Below are positions 35,367 to 46,032 of a stretch of 64,000 nt of DNA, piece by piece. The stretch is from Escherichia coli phage AZ21. Positions within the stretch are counted from its first letter, which is position 1, and every line of letters starts with the position of its first letter. The position numbers and the translations under genes were made by a program. The stretch lies in the sequence record LC788708.1. One strand, 5' to 3'. Under the pieces are notes generated by a model. The model did not search any database, was not told the origin of the DNA, and saw only the letters and a program-made list of their open reading frames with translations.

Positions 35367-37037
35367 ATGATTATTTCCGCAGAAAAACAAACCGTTATCC
35401 TGAAAATGGCCGCTGATTTCAATTTCTACGGTAAACGCCTGCGCGCCACTAAACTGGAGGTCTGCGACGATATTTCAAAAGCGGTCTACGATACAACGAA
35501 ACACTCCACCGCTATCTGCGACTGGCTGGAAGCAAATAAACCAGCGAAACCAAAAGCGGCAAAAGTAGCAAAAGCCATTAAAAACGGTGAGCGCCCCGAA
35601 GCGGCTGGGATTGTTTCTAGTACCGTGGAGCAGTGGGAAGTAAAACAAGGTAAACGCTTTATTATTACATCGATTCAGAATAATACTTTCCCGCATAAAA
35701 ACTTTTTAGCCTCACTGGAGCAATTTGCTAAATATATCGGGGCTGATTTGCTCGTTTCTAAGTATATTTATAATAAAAACGGTTTTCAAAATGGGGAAGG
35801 TGCTGACGGAATCAAATATGATTCCGCGTTTGATAAATATATTTGCAGCAAAAACGTGTTTTTGAATAACCGCCGCTTTGCTTTCATGGCTGAAATTAAT
35901 GTTTTGCCTACCGCAGATTATCCGCTTTCTGGATTCGCAGAAACTGCAACGGCTTTAAATATTGAAGGTCTGGCAATTGGTCACGCTAAAATTACCGCTG
36001 AAAGCGTACCAGCTTTAAAAGGTGAAGTAGTGCGCCGTATGTACTCAACCGGAACGGCAACGCTCAAAAACTACATTCAGCAGAAAGCAGGACAAAAGGC
36101 CGAGGCGCTGCATAACTTCGGTGCGCTTATTGTTGAGTTCGACGAGGACGGGGAATTTTTTGTACGCCAGCTTGAAACGATGGACGAAAGCGGGGTATTT
36201 TATGATCTGAATGTGTGTGCTACTCCTGCCGGATGCTATGAAACATCGGGGCATGTTTTAGGCTTGCAGTATGGCGATATTCACGCCGAAAAATTAGATG
36301 AGGAGTGCGCCGCCGCGTCATGGGGGCATGGTGATACTTATGGGCTAGTAGATATTCTTAAACCAAAATATCAGTTTGTGCATGACGTGCATGATTTTAC
36401 ATCGCGCAATCATCATAACCGCGCATCGGGTGTATTCCTAGCAAAACAGTACGCCGCCGGACGTGATAAGGTTATTGATGATCTTATCGATACGGGGCGC
36501 GTGCTGGAATCAATGGAGCGTGATTTTTCTCAAACAATCATTGTTGAATCGAATCACGATTTGGCGTTATCCCGTTGGCTTGATGATCGTAATGCTAACA
36601 TCAAAGACGATCCAGCAAACGCAGAACTGTATCACCGCCTGAATGCTGCAATTTACGAGGCAATCGGTGAACATGACGAAACGTTCAACGTGCTAGATTA
36701 TGCGCTGCGCAAGGTTGCAGGTTGTGAGTTTAACGCCATTTTCCTGACCACTGACCAATCTTTCAAGATTGCAGGCATTGAATGCGGCGTACACGGTCAC
36801 AACGGCATTAATGGCAGTCGTGGCAATCCCAAACAATTTAAGAAATTGGGCAAGTTAAACACTGGTCATACTCATACGGCAAGCATTTACGGCGGGGTAT
36901 ATACCGCTGGCGTAGCTGGTAGTCTGGATATGGGTTACAACGTTGGCGCGTCAAGCTGGACGCAAACTCATTTAATTACCTATGCAAACGGTCAGCGCAC
37001 TTTGATTGACTTTAAGAACGGTAAATTTTTTGCGTAA
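35367..37037 (+). CDS. A1: A1-like pre-early protein, calcineurin-like metallophosphatase (Mre11/SbcD-type nuclease fold)
   Basis: 556 aa (size of the T5 A1 product as I recall it); GDIH, ESNHD, HGHNG, GHTHT metallophosphatase motifs in order; sits with dmp-like gene. Confidence 0.7.
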   Translation: MIISAEKQTVILKMAADFNFYGKRLRATKLEVCDDISKAVYDTTKHSTAICDWLEANKPAKPKAAKVAKAIKNGERPEAAGIVSSTVEQWEVKQGKRFIITSIQNNTFPHKNFLASLEQFAKYIGADLLVSKYIYNKNGFQNGEGADGIKYDSAFDKYICSKNVFLNNRRFAFMAEINVLPTADYPLSGFAETATALNIEGLAIGHAKITAESVPALKGEVVRRMYSTGTATLKNYIQQKAGQKAEALHNFGALIVEFDEDGEFFVRQLETMDESGVFYDLNVCATPAGCYETSGHVLGLQYGDIHAEKLDEECAAASWGHGDTYGLVDILKPKYQFVHDVHDFTSRNHHNRASGVFLAKQYAAGRDKVIDDLIDTGRVLESMERDFSQTIIVESNHDLALSRWLDDRNANIKDDPANAELYHRLNAAIYEAIGEHDETFNVLDYALRKVAGCEFNAIFLTTDQSFKIAGIECGVHGHNGINGSRGNPKQFKKLGKLNTGHTHTASIYGGVYTAGVAGSLDMGYNVGASSWTQTHLITYANGQRTLIDFKNGKFFA

Positions 37038-37093
37038 TTAAATTATTTCCCTAGCGGCTTGAAATACAGCCGCTATTACAGGAGCTAAATTAA

Positions 37094-37372
37094 ATGGCTA
37101 TTAAAATTAATCTTCCCAATATTAAAAACACCGCTGATATATGGTCGATTGATACTATATTGCGTGGCACTGTATACCGTAATTTAAAAGATAATAATTG
37201 TTATATTTATCAAAATGAATTAAACGGCCATATTTACATAATCGAGTCCGATGGTTTTTGTTCTTTTGAGACTGATTATGAAGCGCAAGATCATATACAG
37301 GCAAATGATATTCCTGACGTATGGAAAGAAACAAACCTTGCTTTTGTTGTAAGTCTTGAAGCTAACAAATAA
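37094..37372 (+). CDS. pre-early hypothetical protein
   Basis: 92 aa ORF downstream of A1-like gene, RBS AGGAGCTAAATTAAATG. Confidence 0.45.
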   Translation: MAIKINLPNIKNTADIWSIDTILRGTVYRNLKDNNCYIYQNELNGHIYIIESDGFCSFETDYEAQDHIQANDIPDVWKETNLAFVVSLEANK

Positions 37373-37410
37373 ATTAAATATCTTATTAAATTAATTGGAG
37401 TTTTACAAAT

Positions 37411-37803
37411 ATGAAAAAGCAAAATATTCCATTCGATCGCGCTCAGTCTTCTATTGTTCTGGTTTATTCTAATGGTGAGCGTTACCACGTCGAGGCGGGG
37501 CACGTTATTGATGAATTATTAGATTTCAATGACGCTTTACAGGTTACTACCTTTGCCTACACGCAAGGCCGCGCAAGTAGTTACATTAAGGCCGCAGGCG
37601 TTTATGTTGACACGGTGAAACAAGAAACGATTATCATCGACGCAGTAAAATCCGGTCTAGCCTTTGCAGTTGTCGCGCCTTGCCCCTCTTGTCTTGATGA
37701 TCAGCTAACGAGTGCGAAAGTATACACCTGCGCGGGCATTCGTTCCCATGTATCAGGAGAGGATATTAGTTTTATCGCTGATGCGTTGGCTTATGGTCTT
37801 TAA
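37411..37803 (+). CDS. pre-early hypothetical protein (possible A2 equivalent)
   Basis: 130 aa ORF downstream of A1-like gene; assignment by position only. Confidence 0.4.
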   Translation: MKKQNIPFDRAQSSIVLVYSNGERYHVEAGHVIDELLDFNDALQVTTFAYTQGRASSYIKAAGVYVDTVKQETIIIDAVKSGLAFAVVAPCPSCLDDQLTSAKVYTCAGIRSHVSGEDISFIADALAYGL

Positions 37804-37883
37804 TAGTTGATTTATTATTGCCCGCTGATAGATAGCGGGCAATGCTGGATAAACTACATCCCTTTAATGGAGAACGTAACAAA

Positions 37884-38618
37884 ATGAATCAAGTTAAAAC
37901 GAATATTTCCCGTAACTTCCCGCATATTTCCCGCGTCATGATCTGGGATCTTGATGGCACTATCGTTAATTCATTCCATCGTGTAGCGCCTTGCTTTGAT
38001 AGTGAGGGTAATCTAGATTTAAATAAGTATAAGAATGAGGCTTGCAAACATGATTTAATAATGCAGGATACTTTATTGCCTTTGGTGGAATATATGCGCC
38101 AATGCATGAATGACGCAAATACTTTAAACATTATTTGTACCGCTCGATTAATGAGCAAATCGGATTATTATTATTTGCGCAAACAAGGCTTGCGAGGGCG
38201 TGGGGATAGCAATATCCGCGTGTTTTCCCGCGACACGCTGCATAAATATTTTGAAGCTGATAAGGTTAGCGAGATATACCACAGTAAAGACGCAGTTTAT
38301 AAATCGTATTACTTTGAATTATTTAAACAGCTATATCCGAACGCTGATTTCACAATGATTGATGATCATAAAGGTGTATTATCAGCGGCGGCGTCATACG
38401 GATTTAAAACGCTAGACGCGCAAGCCGTTAACGATATTCTATCAATCGGCGTGGCATTGATAGGCGGAACCTTTATTGATGAATCTCTCGATGATGATAA
38501 TGATTATCAGTTCCTAGCCGATCGATTGAAATTATGTTGGGAAAGTATGACCGAAGAAGAACGCGCAGAATATAGTTGCAGCCCGCAACAATATATTGAG
38601 AAATTAAAAGTTGCGTAA
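37884..38618 (+). CDS. dmp: HAD-family 5'-deoxyribonucleotidase (dmp-like)
   Basis: VMIWDLDGTIVNS (HAD motif I DxDGT); RBS GGAGAACGTAACAAAATG; pre-early context. Confidence 0.65.
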   Translation: MNQVKTNISRNFPHISRVMIWDLDGTIVNSFHRVAPCFDSEGNLDLNKYKNEACKHDLIMQDTLLPLVEYMRQCMNDANTLNIICTARLMSKSDYYYLRKQGLRGRGDSNIRVFSRDTLHKYFEADKVSEIYHSKDAVYKSYYFELFKQLYPNADFTMIDDHKGVLSAAASYGFKTLDAQAVNDILSIGVALIGGTFIDESLDDDNDYQFLADRLKLCWESMTEEERAEYSCSPQQYIEKLKVA

Positions 38619-38782
38619 TAATTAAAGTTGAAATAGTTTCATCCTGCAATTAAAATGGTTGCGGGATGAAACAATTACCCTGCTAATAGTAACGGGGGTG
38701 GCGGTTAGCAGACTAAGTATTCTCCCCCAACCCACTGGACACACCTCCATGTGTAATCCTATGAAATTTGGCAAAAGTCAAA

Positions 38783-39028
38783 TTAGCGCATAGAAGGGTC
38801 ATCAAACCTGTGCTCTGGTCTGAACTCACGGAATCTCTTCCACGACGCCCGAGATCCATCAGACCACTCCCGCTCAAACTCCGCACGTTTCTCGTCAAAC
38901 TTCCGCTCCCTTTCCGCAATCTCTCGCGTCACCCCCGCGATATATTCCCGATGCTTGTTAATTGCCGCAGTTGTCCCGAAAACTCCCGCGAGTATCCCGA
39001 TAATAAAAGCAATTACAATACTAAACAT
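38783..39028 (-). CDS. small membrane protein
   Basis: 81 aa, N-terminal TM helix then charged tail. Confidence 0.4.
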   Translation of the reverse strand: MFSIVIAFIIGILAGVFGTTAAINKHREYIAGVTREIAERERKFDEKRAEFEREWSDGSRASWKRFREFRPEHRFDDPSMR

Positions 39029-39215
39029 CTAATTCCCTCTCAATTTGCAGAATACGGGTACTATCACAACGTTGCAGTAGTGCTAGCTTTTCTAGAGTAA
39101 CTTGTTGTTGTTTTACCTGAGCTTCTAGAGTTTTTAGGCGGAGATACACGATACGAGAGACAATGAGGATTACCCAGACTAATATTACCATTAGTGTAAT
39201 TGCCGCTTCCATCAT
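39021..39215 (-). CDS. small membrane protein
   Basis: 64 aa, TM helix then coiled coil. Confidence 0.4.
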   Translation of the reverse strand: MMEAAITLMVILVWVILIVSRIVYLRLKTLEAQVKQQQVTLEKLALLQRCDSTRILQIERELDV

Positions 39216-39318
39216 TTACGTTTCTCCAATAATAAGGTTTCAATTCTAGCTAAATGATTATCTAAAATACATTGTCCAATAATCACAATCCCTAGTAGTG
39301 CAATAATTACCCATTCCA

Positions 39319-39510
39319 TTAAATCCACCCCGCCATAGCTGCTAACCAAAAACCTACGAAGATTAGGAATAATACAAAACCAAATCCGTAAATATTAATC
39401 CACGCTTCATATACTTCTCCGCGTCTGTTCTTTCTTTTATTTGACATATCTTTCATGCTCCAATAAATGTGGTATCTGGAATATTTTACAGTTTGTGCAC
39501 AACCAACCAT
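39319..39510 (-). CDS. small membrane protein
   Basis: 63 aa, C-terminal TM helix. Confidence 0.4.
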   Translation of the reverse strand: MVGCAQTVKYSRYHIYWSMKDMSNKRKNRRGEVYEAWINIYGFGFVLFLIFVGFWLAAMAGWI

Positions 39511-39623
39511 GCTTGTGACTTCCTAGAAGGACTTCTCATTTTCTTGCATAGTGGTTTCTGCCAATATACCATCCAAAAAATAAAAAATTTAGTTTACTTG
39601 GATGTCGTTTTGCTTTATACTAA

Positions 39624-39890
39624 TTACAGGTAGTTAGATTGCTCTAGTTTAAATTTACAATCACCGTATTTAAGATCAAACTGACTGAGATCCCACCACC
39701 CAAACTTAGTACGGAGCTGTACTACTGGGAAGCGATCTCCCTTAATACGAACTTTTTGAACTTTGAGGCCATAATGTTCTTCTCCTGCACCTCCAAAAGA
39801 TTTTACAAATCCCGTACAAAATGGTTTGGGAGCAGGTGCACAACCAGATAACATAACTGCGGCAACTAGTGCAATCACAAACTTTTTCAT
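39624..39890 (-). CDS. llp: lipoprotein, Llp-like superinfection-exclusion (receptor-blocking) candidate
   Basis: 88 aa; signal peptide with lipobox LSGC; divergently placed immediately upstream of receptor-binding protein gene as in T5. Confidence 0.6.
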   Translation of the reverse strand: MKKFVIALVAAVMLSGCAPAPKPFCTGFVKSFGGAGEEHYGLKVQKVRIKGDRFPVVQLRTKFGWWDLSQFDLKYGDCKFKLEQSNYL

Positions 39891-39975
39891 ATTTATCTCT
39901 CCATTTCTAATTTATGAATCTATTATAGCAAAATAGAGGGATGAAAGCAAATACATTTTTATAATAGGAGATTAT

Positions 39976-41733
39976 ATGGGTTTTTTCGCTGGTAAGTATA
40001 GCGATGGTAAGACCGTACTATCTTTAAATACTGAATCTGGTGGTGACATTAATCGTCACTATAGTCCAAATGCCAATAGTATTTTTCATAGTGATATGCC
40101 ATTTGTCCTAGTTGATGGTACTTATGAGTCTGGGTTAGGTGATGCCGGTAATGGGTTTTTTGTATGTCAGATGCCCTCTGACATAATAAATATTAAATCT
40201 AACGATCCTGGTAGAGTTATACTAACTGCTATTGAAATTAATGGTACTCACAGAGCTTTTCTTAACGGTACTCAGAGTAAAGTAGGTCAAACTATAGCTG
40301 CCACTCAAGCAGATCCTTTTAGATCTTTTGCTAGTGTTTCCCAGACTAGTGGATTTGCATTTGGTAATAGCCTGGCATCTGGTACATATAACTATAATCC
40401 ATCTATAGGGCATGAAGAATCTATTTCTAGAAATGGTACTGGTGGAACCACCCTACATAGTACGTATCATGGTATAGTTAGGCCAGGTGCAGGAGCTCCA
40501 GTAGGGGTTACTGTTGCAGAAGCTTTTGCACAGTTGGGTTTTCCTACTAATAGTAGTACAGTACCTATAGATGGTAATAATCAATATTACTGGGACCCAG
40601 GATGGATGTCTCCTTTAGGATCAGCACACAGAGGGCACGATTGGTTTTATGTTTGTAACTCTAACATACGTGGGTATGGTGGGGTAAGACAAGGTCTTCC
40701 TGGTAGTGTAAATACTATGTATCATGATGGTGGCAACAGATTTGTTTGTAGGGGTTCTACAACTAATTTAGCTAATCAATCTAGTGATTCTACAATACTA
40801 CAAGATTGGTATAACATAACTCCTACTAAGGTTATTTGGTACGTCTTGAATTTAAGATATTCTGGCGGCAATATGAGTATCTCTGGTAATCCTTTTACTG
40901 GTTCAGATATTCTTATATCTCCTTCTAATTTCATAATTAAAGGGGTTAGTCTTCCCAATACTGGATACAAGTTTATTAACCAGAACGCTTTCGGTAACTT
41001 AGGTTATAGACCAGATATGGAATATATTGGAAATAATGCAGCGTACACTGGGGCCTTCGGAGATACTACTGCAAGGTGTGAACTTGTAGGTTCTAGTAAT
41101 GGGGGTTTATGGTCTCCTGTGGACTATGGAGGGGCTAAGTCTCAAATTAGTATTTACAAATTCGGAGCTGGTAAGCAATGGTACGTAAACTCTAATGATA
41201 ATACTATCGGTAATGAACACGGGGTTGTTTGGGGGCCTTCAGCAGTTCCACTACGACTTTTTAGCGGAAATGTTGGTAGTTCTTACATGGGGGATGATAT
41301 TACTCCCAGCTATCCAGGAACTGGAGATAGATACGTTGGTTTATCAACTATTGGGCTAGGTATACCGGGTGGCAATGCTACCGTAATTCTTACCACTGAA
41401 GTTATATCAGGTAATCTTAACTGCGCGGGTGTTCCCGCTAATACATGGAATAACGGTGTATTTCAGGTTCAAGGAAGAAGAGCATATAGTTATAGTAATG
41501 GGGATGCAATATTTCATCAGATTTTAACATTACCAGTAGGGTATTTAGTACCTTTTCATACTACATCTGCTTTTAGATACACACCTAACAATGCCCTAAG
41601 TAGAAATAGTTTTATATACACTGCTAAAAATCTGGGGAATGGAAATGTAGAGCTAGGGGTAGTTATGCACGTAAGTTTAGGTAGTGCAGTTTTCCTACCT
41701 AGATTAAGAGTAACAGTTCAACGCCTAACCTAA
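39976..41733 (+). CDS. oad: receptor-binding tail protein (pb5-like)
   Basis: 585 aa; position next to llp-like gene; N-terminus (MGFFAGK...IFHSDM) and C-terminus (VQRLT) resemble what I recall of T5 pb5, with a diverged central region. Confidence 0.6.
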   Translation: MGFFAGKYSDGKTVLSLNTESGGDINRHYSPNANSIFHSDMPFVLVDGTYESGLGDAGNGFFVCQMPSDIINIKSNDPGRVILTAIEINGTHRAFLNGTQSKVGQTIAATQADPFRSFASVSQTSGFAFGNSLASGTYNYNPSIGHEESISRNGTGGTTLHSTYHGIVRPGAGAPVGVTVAEAFAQLGFPTNSSTVPIDGNNQYYWDPGWMSPLGSAHRGHDWFYVCNSNIRGYGGVRQGLPGSVNTMYHDGGNRFVCRGSTTNLANQSSDSTILQDWYNITPTKVIWYVLNLRYSGGNMSISGNPFTGSDILISPSNFIIKGVSLPNTGYKFINQNAFGNLGYRPDMEYIGNNAAYTGAFGDTTARCELVGSSNGGLWSPVDYGGAKSQISIYKFGAGKQWYVNSNDNTIGNEHGVVWGPSAVPLRLFSGNVGSSYMGDDITPSYPGTGDRYVGLSTIGLGIPGGNATVILTTEVISGNLNCAGVPANTWNNGVFQVQGRRAYSYSNGDAIFHQILTLPVGYLVPFHTTSAFRYTPNNALSRNSFIYTAKNLGNGNVELGVVMHVSLGSAVFLPRLRVTVQRLT

Positions 41734-41743
41734 AGGAGGATAT

Positions 41744-42226
41744 ATGGCAAATGATGTATTAGTTCCCGATCTCATGTCTCCCGAAGGCATGGATGTTATT
41801 GAAGCCTATTTACAGTGCGGTAGTGATGTTCCTGCCGCCGCTCGTAGTCTTGGAATGTCCGAGATTGCATTTCGTGATATAATGAATCGTGGGGAAGTTA
41901 AAAACTATCTCAACGATATCTTTATGGAAAGCGGCTTCCGTAATCGTGACCGCTTATTCGGAGTTCTTGATGAAGTTATCAAACGCAAGTTGGAAGAACT
42001 CGAAGAAACTGGCATGGGTTCTGACCAGGATATCATGGATATTCTCTGGAAGGCGCACAAGATGAAGATGGAAGAAATGAAAATGATGGTAGAACTGGAG
42101 AAAGTGAAGGCAGCAGCCCGTACTCCGGCTAACCAGACTAATATTCAGAATAATATTATTGCTGGAAGTGGTGACGAAAACTATATGAATCTTATTACCG
42201 CTCTAGCAGGAGGAGGTAAGAGATAA
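41744..42226 (+). CDS. terminase small subunit (putative)
   Basis: 160 aa, HTH-like [15 protein letters not shown], immediately upstream of and overlapping terminase large subunit. Confidence 0.5.
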   Translation: MANDVLVPDLMSPEGMDVIEAYLQCGSDVPAAARSLGMSEIAFRDIMNRGEVKNYLNDIFMESGFRNRDRLFGVLDEVIKRKLEELEETGMGSDQDIMDILWKAHKMKMEEMKMMVELEKVKAAARTPANQTNIQNNIIAGSGDENYMNLITALAGGGKR

Positions 42227-43542
42227 TGAAAGTCTCTAGAGATTATATTAACACCACAGATGTTATTGACTTTGGTATTGACAAACGATTTTTTCGTCTG
42301 CCAGTCTCTAGCATTCTAGCTCAAGAGGGGATTACACCTAACGCCCCTCAGGTTGCAATTATTAATGCGTTAGAAGATCCTAGACACCGTTTCGTAACTG
42401 CGTGTGTATCACGTCGTGTAGGTAAGTCATTCATCGCATATACACTTGGGTTCCTAAAACTTCTGGAACCCAATGTGAAGGTGCTGGTAGTTGCACCTAA
42501 CTACTCACTGGCTAACATAGGTTGGTCACAGATTCGTGGTCTTATTAAGAAGTATGGATTACAGACTGAACGTGAGAACGCAAAAGATAAAGAGATTGAA
42601 CTAGCGAATGGTTCTCTCTTTAAGCTGGCTTCTGCGGCGCAGGCTGACTCCGCGGTTGGTCGTTCATATGACTTCATCATTTTTGACGAAGCAGCGATTT
42701 CCGACGTTGGTGGTGCAGCTTTCGATATTCAGTTACGTCCTACTCTAGATAAGCCAAACTCTAAAGCTCTGTTTATTTCCACACCTCGTGGTGGTAACTG
42801 GTTTAAAGAGTTCTATGAGAAAGGATTTAACGAAACTCTACCTAACTGGGTATCTATTCATGGTACATATCGTGATAACCCACGTGCTGATCTGAACGAT
42901 ATCGAAGAAGCGCGTCGTACTGTTAGTAAAAACTACTTCCGTCAAGAATATGAGGCTGACTTCTCTGTATTCGAAGGTCAGATCTTTGACACCTTCAATG
43001 CTATCGAACATGTTAAAGACCTCAAAGGTATGCGCCACTTCTTTAAAGATGATGAGGCTTTCGAAACATTACTTGGTATCGACGTTGGTTATCGTGACCC
43101 TACAGCAGTTCTTACTATCAAGTATCACTATGATACTGATGTTTATTACGTACTGGAAGAATATCAGCAAGCTGAAAAGACTACAGCTCAACACGCTGCT
43201 TATATCCAACACTGCATAGATCGTTATAATGTTGATCGTATATTTGTAGACTCCGCCGCTGCTCAGTTCCGTCAGGACTTAGCATATGAACATGAAATCG
43301 CTTCTGCTCCTGCTAAGAAATCTGTCCTAGATGGTCTGGCATGCCTACAAGCACTGTTCCAGCAAGGTAAGATCATCGTAGATGCTTCATGTACCTCATT
43401 GATCCACGCCCTAGCGAACTACAGGTGGGACTTCCAGGAGGGCGAAGAGAAATTATCACGTGAAAAACCACGTCATGATGCGAACTCTCACCTTTGTGAC
43501 GCACTGCGTTATGGAATTTACTCAATTTCCCGTGGGAAATAA
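42226..43542 (+). CDS. terL: terminase large subunit
   Basis: 438 aa; Walker A CVSRRVGKSF, Walker B YDFIIFDEAA, C-terminal nuclease-like acidic motifs. Confidence 0.85.
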   Translation: MKVSRDYINTTDVIDFGIDKRFFRLPVSSILAQEGITPNAPQVAIINALEDPRHRFVTACVSRRVGKSFIAYTLGFLKLLEPNVKVLVVAPNYSLANIGWSQIRGLIKKYGLQTERENAKDKEIELANGSLFKLASAAQADSAVGRSYDFIIFDEAAISDVGGAAFDIQLRPTLDKPNSKALFISTPRGGNWFKEFYEKGFNETLPNWVSIHGTYRDNPRADLNDIEEARRTVSKNYFRQEYEADFSVFEGQIFDTFNAIEHVKDLKGMRHFFKDDEAFETLLGIDVGYRDPTAVLTIKYHYDTDVYYVLEEYQQAEKTTAQHAAYIQHCIDRYNVDRIFVDSAAAQFRQDLAYEHEIASAPAKKSVLDGLACLQALFQQGKIIVDASCTSLIHALANYRWDFQEGEEKLSREKPRHDANSHLCDALRYGIYSISRGK

Positions 43543-43713
43543 ATAAGTATAGGATGGGATACTACTCAGTTGGTATCCCATTCCTGCATTTTAAAATCCC
43601 CTTTACAAATTCGACATGATTATGTATACTATATTCATTGATCGGGAGAACTTCTCCCCTAATAGAACGTAAACAAGAAAAATTAGTGCTCTATACGGAG
43701 TGTAGGAGATTCT

Positions 43714-44388
43714 ATGGGTCGACAAAAGCTAACAATAAAAGATATAAATACTAGATTAGCTGATCGTGGAATCCAAATTGTCGGTGAATATGTAAACCAA
43801 CGTACAAAAACAGTATTTAAGTGCCAAAGAGCACACGTTTGGGAAGCAACGCCACATTCTATACTCCATATTAAGAGGGGTTGCCCACACTGCGCACCTA
43901 ATACTATATTGCTAGATGAAGTTAATAACAGGATATCCAGTATAGGGTATACACTGTTAAATAACTATACTAATGCAAAAACAAAACTACATCTACGCTG
44001 TAATAATGGTCATGAATGCGATATTACCTTAGATGGGTTGACGCAAGGTAGAAGATGTCCTTATTGCTCCCTTAAATGGGATAATGGTGGATTTCTCTAT
44101 ATCATGTCCTCTTCTAGGGGTACTAAAGTAGGTATAGGTTTATACCCCGAGAAGCGATTGAACGAGGTTAAAAGAGAGTCTGGATTTTCAGATCTATACT
44201 TATTTACCACGTATCACTTACCTGATAGAGAAACTGCTCTAGATTTAGAAAAAGAAGTCCATAGAGAATATTATAATAAAAACTGTGGGTTTTCAAAATT
44301 TACAGGAAGCACAGAATTTTTTAATGTTGCTCCAGAGGATATAGTAGTCTTTCTAAGTAACTTTGGATTGGAGGAATATGGCCACTAA
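43714..44388 (+). CDS. GIY-YIG-like (T5orf172-type) nuclease with N-terminal zinc ribbons
   Basis: 224 aa; CPHC/CPYC zinc-ribbon pairs then GFLYIMSSSRGTKVGIG...R...E pattern resembling GIY-YIG. Confidence 0.5.
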   Translation: MGRQKLTIKDINTRLADRGIQIVGEYVNQRTKTVFKCQRAHVWEATPHSILHIKRGCPHCAPNTILLDEVNNRISSIGYTLLNNYTNAKTKLHLRCNNGHECDITLDGLTQGRRCPYCSLKWDNGGFLYIMSSSRGTKVGIGLYPEKRLNEVKRESGFSDLYLFTTYHLPDRETALDLEKEVHREYYNKNCGFSKFTGSTEFFNVAPEDIVVFLSNFGLEEYGH

Positions 44389-44815
44389 TACTAAGTACAA
44401 ACGTGATGCCATTTCCATAATGAGGGATGGTATAAAATCTAGGTATAGTAAGGATGGTTGCTGTGCTATATGCGGTAGTGATGAAGCCCTAGAACTTCAT
44501 CACTATCATACTATATCTCAACTAATTAAAAATTTTGCTAAAGAACTCCAGCTGGATTTCACTGATGAGAATATCGTCCTTTCAAATAGGGAAGCATTCT
44601 ATAAGAAATATGAGCATGAATTAGTTAGAGACGTAGTAACATTATGCCAGCATCATCACCAATTATTACATAAGGTTTACACAAAAGAACCTCCTTTATT
44701 TTCTGCTAATAAGCAAAAAGTGTGGGTTCAAAAGCAGAAAGACAAATTACAGAATCCTCAAGAAAAGACACAAGTCAAGACTGAAACAAAATCAGGATTC
44801 GCAAGGTTCTTATAA
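44378..44815 (+). CDS. HNH endonuclease
   Basis: CAICGSDEALELHHYH...N...LCQHHHQLLH HNH motif; RBS GGAGGAATATG. Confidence 0.7.
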   Translation: MATNTKYKRDAISIMRDGIKSRYSKDGCCAICGSDEALELHHYHTISQLIKNFAKELQLDFTDENIVLSNREAFYKKYEHELVRDVVTLCQHHHQLLHKVYTKEPPLFSANKQKVWVQKQKDKLQNPQEKTQVKTETKSGFARFL

Positions 44816-46032
44816 TGGGTTTTAAAAGCTGGATTACTGAAAAGCTAAATCCGGGTCAACGTATTATAAGAGACATGGAACCAGTTAGTCATCGCACTAA
44901 CCGTAAGCCTTTTACCACTGGACAAGCCTACAGTAAAATTGAGATTCTCAATAGAACTGCTAATATGGTTATAGATAGTGCGGCGGAGTGTTCTTATACT
45001 GTCGGAGATAAATATAATATTGTCACGTATGCCAATGGCATCAAGGCAAAGACTCTAGACACTCTCTTAAATGTACGACCTAATCCATTCATGGATATAA
45101 GCACATTCCGTAGACTTGTAGTCACTGACCTACTTTTTGAAGGTTGTGCATACATCTATTGGGATGGCACAGCACTTTACCATGTCCCTGCTGCACTAAT
45201 GCAAGTAGAGGCAGATGCCAATAAGTTTATCAAAAAATTTATATTTAATAACCAGATAGACTATCGCGTAGATGAGATTATCTTTATAAAGGATAACAGT
45301 TACGTGTGTGGCACAAATTCTCAAATTTCTGGACAATCTCGTGTTGCTACTGTTATTGATTCTCTTGAGAAGCGTTCTAAGATGCTTAACTTTAAAGAGA
45401 AGTTCCTAGATAACGGAACCGTGATTGGTCTTATTCTTGAGACGGATGAAATCCTGAACAAGAAATTGCGTGAGCGTAAACAAGAAGAATTACAACTAGA
45501 TTATAATCCTAGTACTGGTCAGTCCTCTGTCCTGATTCTAGATGGTGGTATGAAAGCTAAACCGTACTCCCAAATATCCTCTTTTAAAGATCTAGACTTT
45601 AAGGAAGACATTGAAGGATTTAATAAATCTATCTGTCTAGCCTTTGGTGTTCCGCAAGTGCTACTTGATGGTGGTAATAATGCGAACATTAGACCAAATA
45701 TCGAACTGTTCTATTATATGACTATCATCCCTATGCTGAACAAGCTGACTAGTTCTCTTACTTTCTTTTTTGGTTATAAGATTACTCCTAATACTAAGGA
45801 AGTAGCTGCATTAACACCAGATAAAGAATCTGAGGCTAAACATTTAACCTCATTGGTTAATAATGGTATTATAACTGGTAATGAAGCTCGCTTAGAGCTG
45901 AACCTTGAACCTTTAGATGATGAGCAGATGAATAAGATTCGTATTCCTGCTAACGTTGCTGGTTCTGCAACAGGTGTATCCGGTCAAGAAGGTGGTAGAC
46001 CTCAAGGTTCCACCGAGGGAGATAAAGAATGA
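44815..46032 (+). CDS. portal protein
   Basis: 405 aa, located between terminase/HNH and prohead protease; ATGG overlap with upstream gene. Confidence 0.65.
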   Translation: MGFKSWITEKLNPGQRIIRDMEPVSHRTNRKPFTTGQAYSKIEILNRTANMVIDSAAECSYTVGDKYNIVTYANGIKAKTLDTLLNVRPNPFMDISTFRRLVVTDLLFEGCAYIYWDGTALYHVPAALMQVEADANKFIKKFIFNNQIDYRVDEIIFIKDNSYVCGTNSQISGQSRVATVIDSLEKRSKMLNFKEKFLDNGTVIGLILETDEILNKKLRERKQEELQLDYNPSTGQSSVLILDGGMKAKPYSQISSFKDLDFKEDIEGFNKSICLAFGVPQVLLDGGNNANIRPNIELFYYMTIIPMLNKLTSSLTFFFGYKITPNTKEVAALTPDKESEAKHLTSLVNNGIITGNEARLELNLEPLDDEQMNKIRIPANVAGSATGVSGQEGGRPQGSTEGDKE

